DNA from: an uncultured delta proteobacterium | Lineage (GTDB): Bacteria; Myxococcota_A; Polyangia; Polyangiales; B10-G4 | Reading direction: 5' to 3' | DNA length: 64,000 nucleotides | Assembly (NCBI GenBank): GCA_963727445.1 | Contig: CAVSGI010000014.1 | Span: forward strand, 384,001 to 448,000 | In this document: one piece after another, positions 41,939-52,400 of the stretch | How the letters are laid out: each line of letters starts with the position of its first letter | Numbering within the stretch: the first letter of the stretch is position 1 | Notes under the pieces: generated by a model | Told to the model about the DNA's origin: nothing | Seen by the model: only the letters and a program-made list of their open reading frames with translations | The model's database searches: none | Position numbers and translations under genes: made by a program

Positions 41939-42589
41939 TCAGAACGCGCCGGTGACGACCGGGACGTGGACCTCGGTCGTCTGTCCACCGCCGTAGCGGG
42001 CAGCTTCCTGGGCGGTGATGTTGGGGCGCACCGAGACGGCCGGGACGCCCAAGCTCACCTCTTCGCTGCCGAGGTGGAGCAGGCCCCCACCCGCGAGCGC
42101 GCGCTCGTGCGCGCGTCTGCGCGCGGATTCATCGGAAGTCTCGGCGTCCTGGAACTCGTCCGAGTAATCGCCGTCCTCACCGCCGCCCTCGTCCGCTTCG
42201 TCTCCGGGGTCGTAGCTCGTGAAGGCGAGGGTCAGCACCAGCGAGGGAATGATCAGGGCGATCCCGACGGCGAGCATCGCGACGCCGGCCTCGGGGCTGT
42301 TGGGCTGGTCGAAGGCGAAGTAGCCACCGACGGCGCCGCCACCGCCGAGCACCAGGGGGAAGACGACGAAGGCCCACGCATCATGGAGACCGATCACCGC
42401 GGGCAGCACGAAGCCCAGCTCGGCGCCGATGAGGCCGAGGCCGACGGCGCCTTTCGGCGTCGATTGCACCTGCGTGCAGGGATCGGCGCCGCACATCTGG
42501 GCATGGGCGACCTGTTGGGTGAAGGTGGCGCTCCCGATGAGGAGCGCTGCCGCGAGACCTGCGGCAAATCCAATCTGTTTGAAGGCCAA
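41939..42589 (-). CDS. Hypothetical membrane protein
   Basis: GAGGAGG RBS before a TTG start; signal peptide plus three TM segments. Confidence 0.6.
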   Translation of the reverse strand: MAFKQIGFAAGLAAALLIGSATFTQQVAHAQMCGADPCTQVQSTPKGAVGLGLIGAELGFVLPAVIGLHDAWAFVVFPLVLGGGGAVGGYFAFDQPNSPEAGVAMLAVGIALIIPSLVLTLAFTSYDPGDEADEGGGEDGDYSDEFQDAETSDESARRRAHERALAGGGLLHLGSEEVSLGVPAVSVRPNITAQEAARYGGGQTTEVHVPVVTGAF

Positions 42590-42694
42590 AGCCCCCTCCT
42601 CGTGTGCGCTGACGCCATCGGACCCTACACGGGGGTCAGGTGGGCGGCAACACGTTCGGTGCCATCTCGCCTGCGAAGATTCACCACAAACGGC

Positions 42695-42736
42695 TTGACC
42701 CGGCCCGGAGCCGAGATTTATTTAGCGTGCGAAATA
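42695..42736 (+). promoter_or_regulatory. Promoter with overlapping candidate MarR operator
   Basis: TTGACC at 42695; imperfect palindrome TATTTAGCGTGCGAAATA (42719-42736) over the -10 region. Confidence 0.5.
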
Positions 42737-42745
42737 TCTTCACCC

Positions 42746-43222
42746 ATGGGACCCAGCAAGAAAGACACGGACCGCATCGTCGAGGCGATTCTGTACCTGT
42801 ATACAGAGGGTCGCCGGGTGACGAAGGAGATCGCGCGCCACTATGGGCTCACCGGGCCACAGGTCACGGCGGTGAAGATGCTGGAGAGCCTGGGCGACCT
42901 CTCGCTGTCGGCGCTCTCCGAGCGGATGAGCGCGAAGAACTCGACTGTCACCGGCATCGTCGACCGGATGGAGCGCGACGGCCTGGTGCAGCGGGTGCGG
43001 AGCGAGAGCGACCGGCGGGTGGTGCTCATCCGCCTGACCGAGGAGGGGGCGGCGCTGGCGGCGAAGATCCCCCTCGAGTCGATGCAGATCTTCACGACCG
43101 CGCTCGCGTCGCTCACGGCGGGCGAACGGGAAGAGCTCACCAGATTGCTCCTCAAGGTCACCGACCGGGTGGCCATAGAGGTCGAGGCCGCGGAGGCGCG
43201 GGTCCTCGGAGAGGGAGGCTGA
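42746..43222 (+). CDS. MarR family transcriptional regulator
   Basis: GLTGPQ...STVTGIVDRMERDGLVQR...DRRVVLIRLTEEG. Confidence 0.9.
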   Translation: MGPSKKDTDRIVEAILYLYTEGRRVTKEIARHYGLTGPQVTAVKMLESLGDLSLSALSERMSAKNSTVTGIVDRMERDGLVQRVRSESDRRVVLIRLTEEGAALAAKIPLESMQIFTTALASLTAGEREELTRLLLKVTDRVAIEVEAAEARVLGEGG

Positions 43223-43223
43223 G

Positions 43224-44153
43224 ATGGCGTACGACGACAAGGTGGTGCTGACCTGCGCGCTGAGCGGCGTCCTGGCGACCCGCAAGCAATGCCCGGGCAT
43301 CCCCTACACGCCCGAAGAGATCGCCGAGGAGGCGAAGCGCGCGTACGACGCGGGCGCCTCGGTGGTGCACATCCACGCGCGTAACGACGACGGCTCACCG
43401 ACCTTCGAGCCCGCCGTCTTCGCGAAGATCAAGGACGAGATCCGCAAGCGCTGCCCGATCATCCTGAACTTCTCGACGGGCACCATCGTCGACGACGTCA
43501 GTCAGCAGATCGAATACATCAAGGCGTCGAAGCCCGAGATCGCGGCCCTCAACATGGGCACGATGAACTACTCGAAGTACTCCAGGAGCCGAAAGCAGTT
43601 CGTCTTCGACATGGTCTTTCCGAACACCTACGCGAAGATCACCAAGCTGCTCGAGGTGATGAACGAAGTGGGGGTCAAGCCCGAGCTCGAGTGCTTCGAC
43701 ACGGGGCACACCCAGGGCACCTGGCCGCTCTACGACATGGGCCTGTTGAAGGCGCCCGTGCAGTACAGCTTCATCGTGAACGTGCTCGGCGGCGTGCCCG
43801 CCGAGGTGGAGTCGTTGCAGCTCCAGCGTCAGATCGCGGGGCAGGTGGCGCCGGCGGGCGGCTGGGACTGGGAGGTGATCGGGATCAGCCACTGCCATTG
43901 GCGGATGCTGGCGAGCGCGCTGGTGCTGGGGGGCAACATCCGGACGGGTCTCGAGGACCACTTGTATCTGCCCAGCGGCGAGATGGCGTCGTCGAACGGT
44001 GAGATGTGCGAAGCGGCGGCGACGCTGATCCGCCACACGGGGCGAGAGCCGGCGACGGTCGAGGAGGCGCGCAAGCTCCTGCATCTCGATCAGGTCGAGG
44101 CGGGCCGGCAGGCCGCCATCGACGTGGGCCACGCATCCGCCGGGCAGGCCTGA
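43224..44153 (+). CDS. Beta-keto acid cleavage enzyme (BKACE/Kce/DUF849)
   Basis: LTCALSG, PYTPEEIAEEA, VHIHAR, KPELECFD, RTGLED. Confidence 0.9.
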   Translation: MAYDDKVVLTCALSGVLATRKQCPGIPYTPEEIAEEAKRAYDAGASVVHIHARNDDGSPTFEPAVFAKIKDEIRKRCPIILNFSTGTIVDDVSQQIEYIKASKPEIAALNMGTMNYSKYSRSRKQFVFDMVFPNTYAKITKLLEVMNEVGVKPELECFDTGHTQGTWPLYDMGLLKAPVQYSFIVNVLGGVPAEVESLQLQRQIAGQVAPAGGWDWEVIGISHCHWRMLASALVLGGNIRTGLEDHLYLPSGEMASSNGEMCEAAATLIRHTGREPATVEEARKLLHLDQVEAGRQAAIDVGHASAGQA

Positions 44154-44935
44154 TGGAGGACCGCGGCTATCACACGATCACGGCAGCCGGGGACGGGCCG
44201 GTCGCGACGATCACGCTGAACGTGCCGGAGCGGAAGAACCCGCTTGGGCCGCTGATGGTCAACGAGCTGCTCTGGGCCTTCGACGACGCCAAGGAGGACG
44301 ACGGGGTCCGGGTGGTGGTGCTCACCGGCGCGGGCGAGGCCTTCAGCGCGGGCGGAGACCTGAAGCAGATGGGCGGGGGCGACGGGCCGACGCTCGAGCC
44401 GAAGGGCGACTACGTCGACTTATTGAAGCGCTTCACGAAGCTCGGCAAGCCCACCATCGCGCGCATCCCTGGCTACGCGATGGGCGGTGGGCTCGGGCTG
44501 GTGGCGGCGTGTGACTTCGCCGTGGCCTGTGAGAGCGCAGTGATGGGGACGCCCGAGGTGAGGCGGGGGCTGTGGCCGATGATGATCATGGCGGTGCTCA
44601 GGCGCGTGGTACCGCGGCGCAAGCTCCTGAACATGATGCTCCTCGGCGAAAAGCTGAGCGCGCACGAAGCGCTCGCGTGCGACCTCGTGAGCCACGTCGT
44701 GCCCGACGCGGAGCTGGACGCCGCGGTGTCGGAGCTCGCGGCCAAGCTCGCGGCGCAGAGCCCGACGGCGATGCGCATGGGCTTGCTCGCGTATCACCGC
44801 ATGTGCGACCAGACGCTCGAAGACGCGCTACCCGAGCTTCGCGATCAGCTCTTCCAGCTCCTCGGCACCGAGGACGCGCAGGAGGGGCTCCGCGCGTTCT
44901 TCGAAAAGCGCGAGCCCGTCTGGACCGGGAAGTGA
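44153..44935 (+). CDS. Enoyl-CoA hydratase/isomerase
   Basis: FSAGGDL, GYAMGGGLGL, PEV, EGLRAFFEKREPVW. Confidence 0.9.
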   Translation: MEDRGYHTITAAGDGPVATITLNVPERKNPLGPLMVNELLWAFDDAKEDDGVRVVVLTGAGEAFSAGGDLKQMGGGDGPTLEPKGDYVDLLKRFTKLGKPTIARIPGYAMGGGLGLVAACDFAVACESAVMGTPEVRRGLWPMMIMAVLRRVVPRRKLLNMMLLGEKLSAHEALACDLVSHVVPDAELDAAVSELAAKLAAQSPTAMRMGLLAYHRMCDQTLEDALPELRDQLFQLLGTEDAQEGLRAFFEKREPVWTGK

Positions 44936-44939
44936 GAGC

Positions 44940-45875
44940 TCAGTCCCAGCCCTGCATCCAGGGCTGGGCGCGGTAGCGGTCCCAGCTGTCGCACATCACG
45001 GTGACGACGGGTCCGTCGAGGCCGCCGCGGGCGGCGACCCGGAGGGCGGCGACCAGGTTGGTGCCCGACGAGCCACCGACGAAGAGGCCCTCCTCGCGCA
45101 CCAGGCGCTTCACCATCGCGAAGCTCTCGTCGTCGCTCACACTTTCGGCCGCATCGATGACCGATCCGTCGAGGTTGCCGGGCACCTTGCTCGAGCCGAT
45201 GCCTTCCACGGCGTAGGCACCGTCGGGTCCGAGCTCGCCGTTTTGAACCCAGTACGCGAGGCCCGAGCCGACGGGATCGGCGAGGACGATCTGCACGTTC
45301 GCAAAGGCGCGCTTGAGGCGGCGCCCGACGCCGGTGATCGTGCCGCCCGTGCCCGAGCCTGCAACGAAGGCGCCGATGGGGCCGTCCACCTGAGCGAGAA
45401 GCTCGCCGGCGGTTTCTTCTTCGTGCACGCGTGGGTTCGCGGGGTTTTCGAATTGGTCGGTGAGAAACCAACCGTTCTCCTCCGCCATGCGCCGGGCGAC
45501 GTTCTGGAAGTTGTCGGGGTGGGACGGCGGCGCGTTGGGCGTGACCACCACGCGCGCGCCCATCGCGCGGAGCGCCTCGCGCTTGTCCGCGCTCATCTTC
45601 TCGGGCATCACGCAGACGAGCCCGTAGCCCCGCGCAGCCGCGACGAGCGCGAGCCCTACCCCGGTGTTGCCCGCCGTCGCTTCGATGAGCGTCGCCCCCG
45701 GCTGAAGCACGCCACGCGCCTCGGCGTCGTCGACGATGGCGAGGGCGATGCGATCCTTGATCGAGCCGCCCGGATTCATGTGCTCGCACTTGACCAGGAC
45801 GGGCGAAGGCAGGTCCCGCCCGATGTGCGTGAGCGGCACGAGCGGCGTCTTTCCGACGTGAGAGAGGATGGTCAT
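44940..45875 (-). CDS. PLP-dependent cysteine synthase/cystathionine beta-synthase family protein
   Basis: KCEHMNPGGSIKDR, EATAGNTG, GSGTGGT, EGIG. Confidence 0.9.
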   Translation of the reverse strand: MTILSHVGKTPLVPLTHIGRDLPSPVLVKCEHMNPGGSIKDRIALAIVDDAEARGVLQPGATLIEATAGNTGVGLALVAAARGYGLVCVMPEKMSADKREALRAMGARVVVTPNAPPSHPDNFQNVARRMAEENGWFLTDQFENPANPRVHEEETAGELLAQVDGPIGAFVAGSGTGGTITGVGRRLKRAFANVQIVLADPVGSGLAYWVQNGELGPDGAYAVEGIGSSKVPGNLDGSVIDAAESVSDDESFAMVKRLVREEGLFVGGSSGTNLVAALRVAARGGLDGPVVTVMCDSWDRYRAQPWMQGWD

Positions 45876-45924
45876 CGGTCAGACAGCATACGTGAGGCGG
45901 CCGATGCAGGGGTGGGGCGTCGGG

Positions 45925-46231
45925 AAGCGCGTCTCGCTGCGCTCGCGCGCTCGCTTGCGCGGGTCTTGGTGAGGCGGTGGCCGGCGGGCGCGAAGCGCGT
46001 TTCGCTTCGCTCACTCAGAGCGGTTTGGGGGGAGCCGTGCGCGCGTTTCGCTGCGCTCATGGGCAATGATCTGATGGGCTGCGGGCAGCGTTCGGCCCCC
46101 CCTCGGCGCCTACGGCGCCGGGTCGCGGCCTGGCAGCCGCTCCGCTCCTGCCCCGGCAACCTGGACAGAGTGGAGCGTTGCGAGGCAACGCGATTTGGGC
46201 GGCGGGCGCAAAGCTCGTTTCGCTGCGCTCA
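45925..46231. repeat. Four dispersed copies of a (AAG)CGCGTTTCGCTGCGCTCA-like motif plus a nested hairpin
   Basis: Copies at 45925, 45993, 46041 and 46211; branched stem at 46083-46153. Confidence 0.65.
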
Positions 46232-46250
46232 TACACCTCAGCGGGGGCTA

Positions 46251-46434
46251 ACGGGGACGGTCTACACTTTTCAACTTTCGCCACGCAGCCCGGGTTTCAT
46301 CCACATGCGCGCGGCCCAGCCGAAAGTTGAAAAGTGTAGACCGTCCCCGTCAAGCGAGCCGAAAGTTGAAAAGTGTAGACCGTCCCCGTCAAGCGAGCCG
46401 AAAGTTGAAAAGTGTAGACCGTCCCCATCAAGCG
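46251..46434. repeat. REP-like cluster: three tandem 39-bp units plus one inverted 30-bp copy
   Basis: AGCCGAAAGTTGAAAAGTGTAGACCGTCCCCGTCAAGCG at 46318, 46357 and 46396 (last with 1 change); reverse-complement copy at 46251-46280. Confidence 0.9.
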
Positions 46435-46471
46435 TTTGCAACGCATCGAGCTGGCGATCTACCCTCTCGTG

Positions 46472-46792
46472 GTGCGCCTCTCCTTGAGACTCCTTTCACT
46501 CCTGCTCGCGGTGAGCATGAGCCCCGGTTTCGTGGAGCTGATCGAGGACGCCGCGCACCTGGTCGTCGTGGGGCAGTCCGAGCACGCTGACCCGGGCCAT
46601 GGATGCCCCGAACACGGCTGCACCCCGGCGTCGCACCACTGTGGCTGCTGCGCGTCGCTGCCGATGGTGCCCCCCTCGATGACCGCCGACCTCGGCGCAC
46701 CAGCCGAGCTCGGCACCCCGTGGCTGCAAGACTCGGAGCGCGGAGGGCCGCAGGGCTTCCGCACCCAGCTCGAGCGCCCGCCGATCGCCTGA
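46472..46792 (+). CDS. Small His/Cys-rich leader-like protein ending in an RPP motif (CzcI/DUF2946-like)
   Basis: Hydrophobic N-terminus, HADPGHGCPEHGCTPASHHCGCC, C-terminal LERPPIA*; lies directly before czcC. Confidence 0.65.
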   Translation: MRLSLRLLSLLLAVSMSPGFVELIEDAAHLVVVGQSEHADPGHGCPEHGCTPASHHCGCCASLPMVPPSMTADLGAPAELGTPWLQDSERGGPQGFRTQLERPPIA

Positions 46793-46906
46793 GCCTCGGC
46801 GCGCCAGGAGTCGTCCGTCCGCTTTTTGGCGGCAGGTCGCGCGCCGACACGCGCGGGTGAGCGTCTTCGCTCGCCCCTTCCCTCTGTACCGCGTGGGGTG
46901 ATTCGG

Positions 46907-48299
46907 ATGCGAACGACGTTCGCGGCCATCGTGGCCGCATGGGTTTTCTTTGGCGCTGCGCCTGCAGCAGCACAAGACGAGACACCGCCAGCTGGTGGGC
47001 TCGAGGCCGAGGTTCCAGGTGACAGGCTCCAAGCCGACGTCCCCGCAGGCGGCGGGCTCGAAGCCGAGGTGCCACCGGTCAGCCTGGGCGGCGAGTCCAT
47101 CGGGCTGCCCGCGCTGCTCTCCTTCGCCGAACGACACGCGCCTCGGCTCGCCGTCGCGAAGGCCGAGGTCGAGCTGAGCGACGCGGACTTCGGCGTGGCC
47201 GCCCCGGTCCTGCCCGACAACGCCATGTTGCGTGTGGGCGTGGGCGCACGCGTGGCGAGTCAGGGGGGCGCCTCGGATCTGAACGCGATGGTGCTGCTCC
47301 TTCAGCCCTTCGAGATCGCGGGCCAACGGCCGCTCCGCTTCGAGGTCGCGCGCGCAGCCCGGACCACGCGCACGCGCCACCTCGAGCAAGCGCGCTGGGA
47401 GGTGCACCAGCTGATCCACGCCGGCTATCGCGGCGCCCTGGCCGCGCGACGACGCGCCGAGCTCACCCGACACCTCGCCGCCTTCGCCGCGCAGCTCGTG
47501 ACGATCGCTTCCGAGCGCGTCCGCGCCGGTGACGCCGCGCCGCTCATCGAGCGCCTGGCCGAAGCGGACGAGGCTCAGGCCGAGCAGCGCGCGGTGGCCG
47601 CGCTTCAAGATTATCGCGACGCCTGCCTCGCCCTGGCGGAGGTGGCGGGATGGCCCGCCTCGAGGCCACCGGAGCCCATCGGCGAGCTCACCCCACCGCG
47701 CCACGCCCCGGCGCTCGGCGAGCTCACCGAGCTCGCCCTCGCCCACAACCCGGAGCTCCTCCAACGCCGCGCCGCCTCCCAGGAAGCCGCGCTCCGCGTC
47801 GACCTCGCCCATCGCGACGCCTGGCCCGACCCGCGCCTCGGCGCCCAATACGTCTACGAGGGCGCGCCGGGGGGCGGGATCCCGGAGCACGTGCTCATGG
47901 GGATTCTGCAGCTCGACATCCCCTCTTTCGCGCTGAACCAGGCGGCGATCGCGCGCACCACCGCCGAGCGAGAGGTCGCCGACGCGCGCCGCGACGTCCT
48001 CGCCTCGCTCCTCGAGGTGCGACTCGAGCGGTTGCGGAGCGCGGTGAACGCCGCCGCGGAGCGAGTGCGGAGCTACGGCTCGGACATCCTGCCGCGCTTC
48101 GCCGAGAACCTCACGATGCTGCGGCGCGCTTTCGAGCTGGGCGAGATTGATCTGCTCCGAGTCTCGGTCGCCCTCGAGCGCTTCTTGAGCGTGCAGCAAC
48201 AGGCCCTCGGCGCGCACGTCGACTACTTCGCAGCCGTCGCGGCTCTCGAAGCCGAGGTCGGAGAAGAGATTCTGGGAAGACGAAGGAGATGCACGATGA
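46907..48299 (+). CDS. czcC: TolC/CzcC-family outer-membrane efflux protein (stop apparently lost through a 1-nt indel)
   Basis: Signal peptide, LLQPFEIAGQR, ALAHNPEL, RRAFELGEIDLL. Confidence 0.8.
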
Positions 48300-49429
48300 A
48301 CGCGCGCGATGCTTTCGCGAGCCTGCTCTTGATCATGGCGCTCTGCGCCTGCGGCTCCGAAGAGGGAGCGCATCACGAAGAGGCGCACGAGGCCCCACGC
48401 CCGGCAGGCGAGGTCCACCTCTCGCCCGAAGCGATCGCCGCGAGCGGGATCGAGGTCGGCGAGGTCGAGCGACGCGCGCTGACCGGGGGCGCCGGGCTCC
48501 CGGCGGAGCTGAGCTTCGACCCCTTGAGCACCGCGCACGTCTCGCCTCTCGCCAGCGGCCGCTTCACCCGCGTCGCCGTCGCACTGGGTGACACCGTCGA
48601 AGAAGGTCAGCTCCTCGGCACGGTCCTGTCAGGCGACGCGTCGGAGGCCAGCTCTCAGCTCGCCCAGGCAAGGGCGCGCCTCTCCGCCGCAGAGAACGCC
48701 CTCGACCGACACCGGCAGCTCGTCGGCGAAGGGATCGGCGCGCAGCGCGCCCTCGTCGAGGCAGAGGCCGAAGTGGCGGGGCTCCGCGCCGAGGTGCAGG
48801 GCCTCGCCAATCAGCTCGGCGTCCTCGGCTCGGCGCGCGGCGGCATCCTTCGCCTCGAGGCGCCGATCGCCGGCGTCGTCGTCCAGATGCACGCGACGCC
48901 GGGCGAGACGGCGAGCCCCGACGAGCCCGCCTTCACCATCGCCGACCCGACGAAGATCAGCGCCTACGGGCAGGTGCCCGAGCTCGCCATCTCGCGCGTC
49001 GAGGAAGGCCTGTCGACCCTCTTCCGGCCGCATGCCTTCCCCGAGCTCGCCCTGCCAGGCACCATTCAGTACGTCGCGCCAGCGATCGATCCCGAGACCC
49101 GCACCCTGAGCGTCCGCGTCTCCCTCGACGCGCTGGACCCGCGCCTGCGCAGCGGGATGTTCGGCACCCTCGAGATCATCGGTGACGACGCGCGCTCCCT
49201 GGCGGTGCCCACCAACGCCGTCGTCACCCTCGAAGGCACCCCTTCGGTGTTCGTGCCGGGCGATGAGGAGGGGAGCTTCCGACCGGTCCCCGTCCGCATC
49301 GGCCGTCGCGCCGGGAGCTACTACGAGCTCCTGGACGGCCTCGCCGAGGGCGACGCGCTCGTCGTCGCGGGCGCGTTCACCCTGAAGAGCGCCGCGTCCG
49401 CCGACGAGCTCACCGAGCACCATGACTGA
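48296..49429 (+). CDS. czcB: CzcB/CusB-family RND periplasmic adaptor (lipoprotein)
   Basis: AAGGAG RBS, lipobox LCAC, His-rich N-terminus, LEAPIAGVV, IDPETRT, LRSGMF. Confidence 0.85.
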   Translation: MNARDAFASLLLIMALCACGSEEGAHHEEAHEAPRPAGEVHLSPEAIAASGIEVGEVERRALTGGAGLPAELSFDPLSTAHVSPLASGRFTRVAVALGDTVEEGQLLGTVLSGDASEASSQLAQARARLSAAENALDRHRQLVGEGIGAQRALVEAEAEVAGLRAEVQGLANQLGVLGSARGGILRLEAPIAGVVVQMHATPGETASPDEPAFTIADPTKISAYGQVPELAISRVEEGLSTLFRPHAFPELALPGTIQYVAPAIDPETRTLSVRVSLDALDPRLRSGMFGTLEIIGDDARSLAVPTNAVVTLEGTPSVFVPGDEEGSFRPVPVRIGRRAGSYYELLDGLAEGDALVVAGAFTLKSAASADELTEHHD

Positions 49430-49441
49430 GCGGGGCGAGCG

Positions 49442-52400
49442 ATGAAGAAGCTCCTCGAGCTCTGCCTCAAATGGCGCCTGCTGGTCTTCGTCGGCGTCGC
49501 CCTCGTGGTCGTGCTGGGCGTGCGCAGCGCGGAGCAGCTGCCCATCGACGCCGTCCCGGACATCACCAACGTCCAGGTCCAGGTGCTCACCAACGTCCCC
49601 GCCCTCGGGCCGGTCGACGTCGAACGAACCGTCACCTTCCCCATCGAGTCCGCGATGAGCGGCATCCCGAACGTCGAGGAGATCCGCAGCATCTCCCGCT
49701 TCGGCCTCTCCGCGGTGACCATCGTCTTCGAAGAGGGAACCGACCTCCTGCGCGCTCGGCAACTCGTCTCGGAGCGCCTGGTGCAGGCGAAGGAGGCCCT
49801 TCCGCCCGGGGCGCAGCCCGAGATGGGCCCGCTCTCCACCGGCCTCGGCGAGGTGCTGCAGTTCGAGGTGAAGAGCGATCGCATGTGCCCGAGTCCCGAA
49901 GAGGACACGCCCGATTGCTACACGCCGATGGAGCTTCGCTCGCTCCTCGACTGGTTCATCGCCGTGGAGCTCCGAAGCGTTCCCGGCGTCGTCGAGGTCA
50001 ACAGCTTCGGTGGCGAGCTCAAGACCTACGAGGTGGAGGTCCTGCCCAACCGCCTCCGCGCTCTCAACGTCTCGCTGTCGCAGCTCTATGACGCCCTCGA
50101 GCGCAACAACGGCACCGCCGGTGGCGGCTACCTGGTCCGCGCCGGCGAACAGCTCCTCGTCCGCGGTGAGGGGCGCGTCCAGACCCTCGACGACATCGAG
50201 GAAGTGATCATCGACACCCGCGAGCCGGACGGCGTCCCGGTGTTGGTTCGCGACGTCGCGCGCGTGCACTTCGCGCCGATGCTGCGTCAGGGCGCCGTCA
50301 CCCGCGACGGGCGCGGCGAGGTGGTCACCGGCATCGTGATGATGTTGATCGGAGCCAACGGGCGGGAGGTGGTCGACGCGGCCAAAGAGCGCCTCGAACG
50401 CCTCGCGCCGTCGCTCCCCGAGGGCGTCGAGATCGACGTCTTCTACGACCGCTCGGCCCTGGTGAACCGAACGATTCGCACGGTGGCGACCAATCTCGCC
50501 GAGGGCGCCCTCTTCGTCGTCGGCGTGCTCTTTCTGCTCCTCGGGAGCCTGCGCGGCGGCCTCATCGTCGCCTCCGCCATCCCCTTCGCCATGCTCGTCG
50601 CCTTCAGCGCGATGAAGGCCCTCGGCCTGAGCGGCAACCTGATGAGCCTCGGCGCCATCGACTTCGGGATCGTGGTCGACGGCTCGATCATCGTTGTCGA
50701 AAACGCCGTCGTTCACCTCGCAGCGGCCGCGCGAGGACGCGACAGGGCGCTCGGATATCGCGAGGCGGCCGAGATCGTCCTCGGCTCGACCCTCGACGTG
50801 CGTCGCGCTGCCCTCTACGGCGAAGCGATCATCGTCCTGGTCTACGTCCCCATCCTCACCCTCGCCGGCATCGAGGGGAAGATGTTCAAGCCGATGGCGC
50901 TCACTGTCCTCTTCGCGCTCGCGGGCGCCTTCATCGCCTCACTGACCTTCGTCCCGGTCCTCGTGGCGACCTTCATGCGTCAGCACACGGAGGAGAGGCA
51001 GCCATTTTTGGTGCGCCTCCTGCACCGCGTCTATCCGCGCCTGCTCGGCGGAGCCATGCGCCACCCGCGCTACATCGCGACCGCCTCCATAGTGGCCCTC
51101 GTGCTCACCGGCATCCTGGGATCGACGATGGGCGCCGAGTTCATCCCGCGCCTGGACGAGGGCGCGCTCGCCATCCAGATCATGCGCCTGCCGAGCGTGT
51201 CGCTCGAGGAGAGCGTCGCGAGCAGCACGCGCTTCGAACGGGTGATCCGGGAGTTCCCCGAGGTGACCACGGTGATCGCCAAGACGGGACGCGCGGAGAT
51301 CGCGACCGACCCCATGGGCGTCGAGATGTCCGACGTCATCGTCATGCTGAAACCGCCCGATCAGTGGGTGACGGCGCACACGCGCGAGGGCCTGGTCGAG
51401 GCGATGGCGACGCGACTTCGCGAGCGGCTTCCGGGCCAGGGATACTCCTTCTCCCAGCCCATCGAGCTGCGCATGGCCGAGCTCATCAGCGGCAGTCGCT
51501 CCGACGTCGCCATCACCATCTACGGCGACGACCTCTCGGACCTCGAGCGAATGAGCCGCGAGGTGCAGGCGGTCGTTCGAACGGTTCCCGGCGCGGCGGA
51601 CGTGCGCGGCGAGCAGCTCGCTGGGCTTCCGACCCTCGAGGTGACCGTCGATCGCGCCGCCGCCGCCCGCTACGGCGTGCAGGTGCGCGACGCCCTCGAC
51701 GCGATCGAGGCCATCGGCGGGCGCGGCGTGGGCGAGGTCTACGAGGGCCAGGTGCGCTATCGGATGCAGGTGCGCTTGCCGGCGGAGCTCCGCGACGACA
51801 TCGACCAGCTTCGCCTGCTGCCGGTGAGCGGCGCCCGCGGCGTGCTGGTGCCTCTCGGCCAGATCGCCACCCTCGAGATCGTCGACTCGCCGGCGAGCGT
51901 GAGCCGCGAAGCGGTGCGGCGTCGGACCATCGTCGAGGTCAACGTCCGCGGCCGCGACCTCGCGGGCTTCGTCGCCGATGCGCAAGGGCGCGTCGAAGAA
52001 GAGGTCGACCTCTCCCCCGGCACCGTCGTCGATTGGGGCGGGCAGTTCGAGAACCTCGAGGCTGCGACCGAACGCCTGGCGCTCGCCGTCCCGCTCGCCC
52101 TGACCTTGATCTTCGTGCTGCTCTACATGGCCTTCGGCGAGCTCGGGACCTCGCTTCTGATCTACCTGAACGTCCCCTTCGCGGCGGTCGGCGGCGTGGT
52201 CGCGCTCGCCCTCCGGGGCATGCCCTTTTCCATCAGCGCCGCGGTCGGCTTCATCGCCCTCTTCGGCATCGCCGTGCTCAACGGCGTGGTGCTGCTGACG
52301 ACCATCAAAGCGGCCAGAGCGGAGGGCAAGAGCGCCGCGCAGGCGGCGCGCGAAGGGGCGGAGAGCCGGCTGCGCGCGGTGGTGATGACGGCGAGCGTAG

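Noticed and set aside
40370..42745. 950 aa ORF ending in a MarR domain
   Set aside because: The upstream part is antisense to the kinase and membrane-protein genes; MarR starts at 42746.
46318..46434. 39-bp repeats as a CRISPR array
   Set aside because: The units are contiguous with no unique spacers, and there are no cas genes in the window.
46985..47075. Repeated GGLEAEVP segment in the CzcC N-terminus
   Set aside because: Small internal duplication in a disordered linker; no evidence of a separate function.
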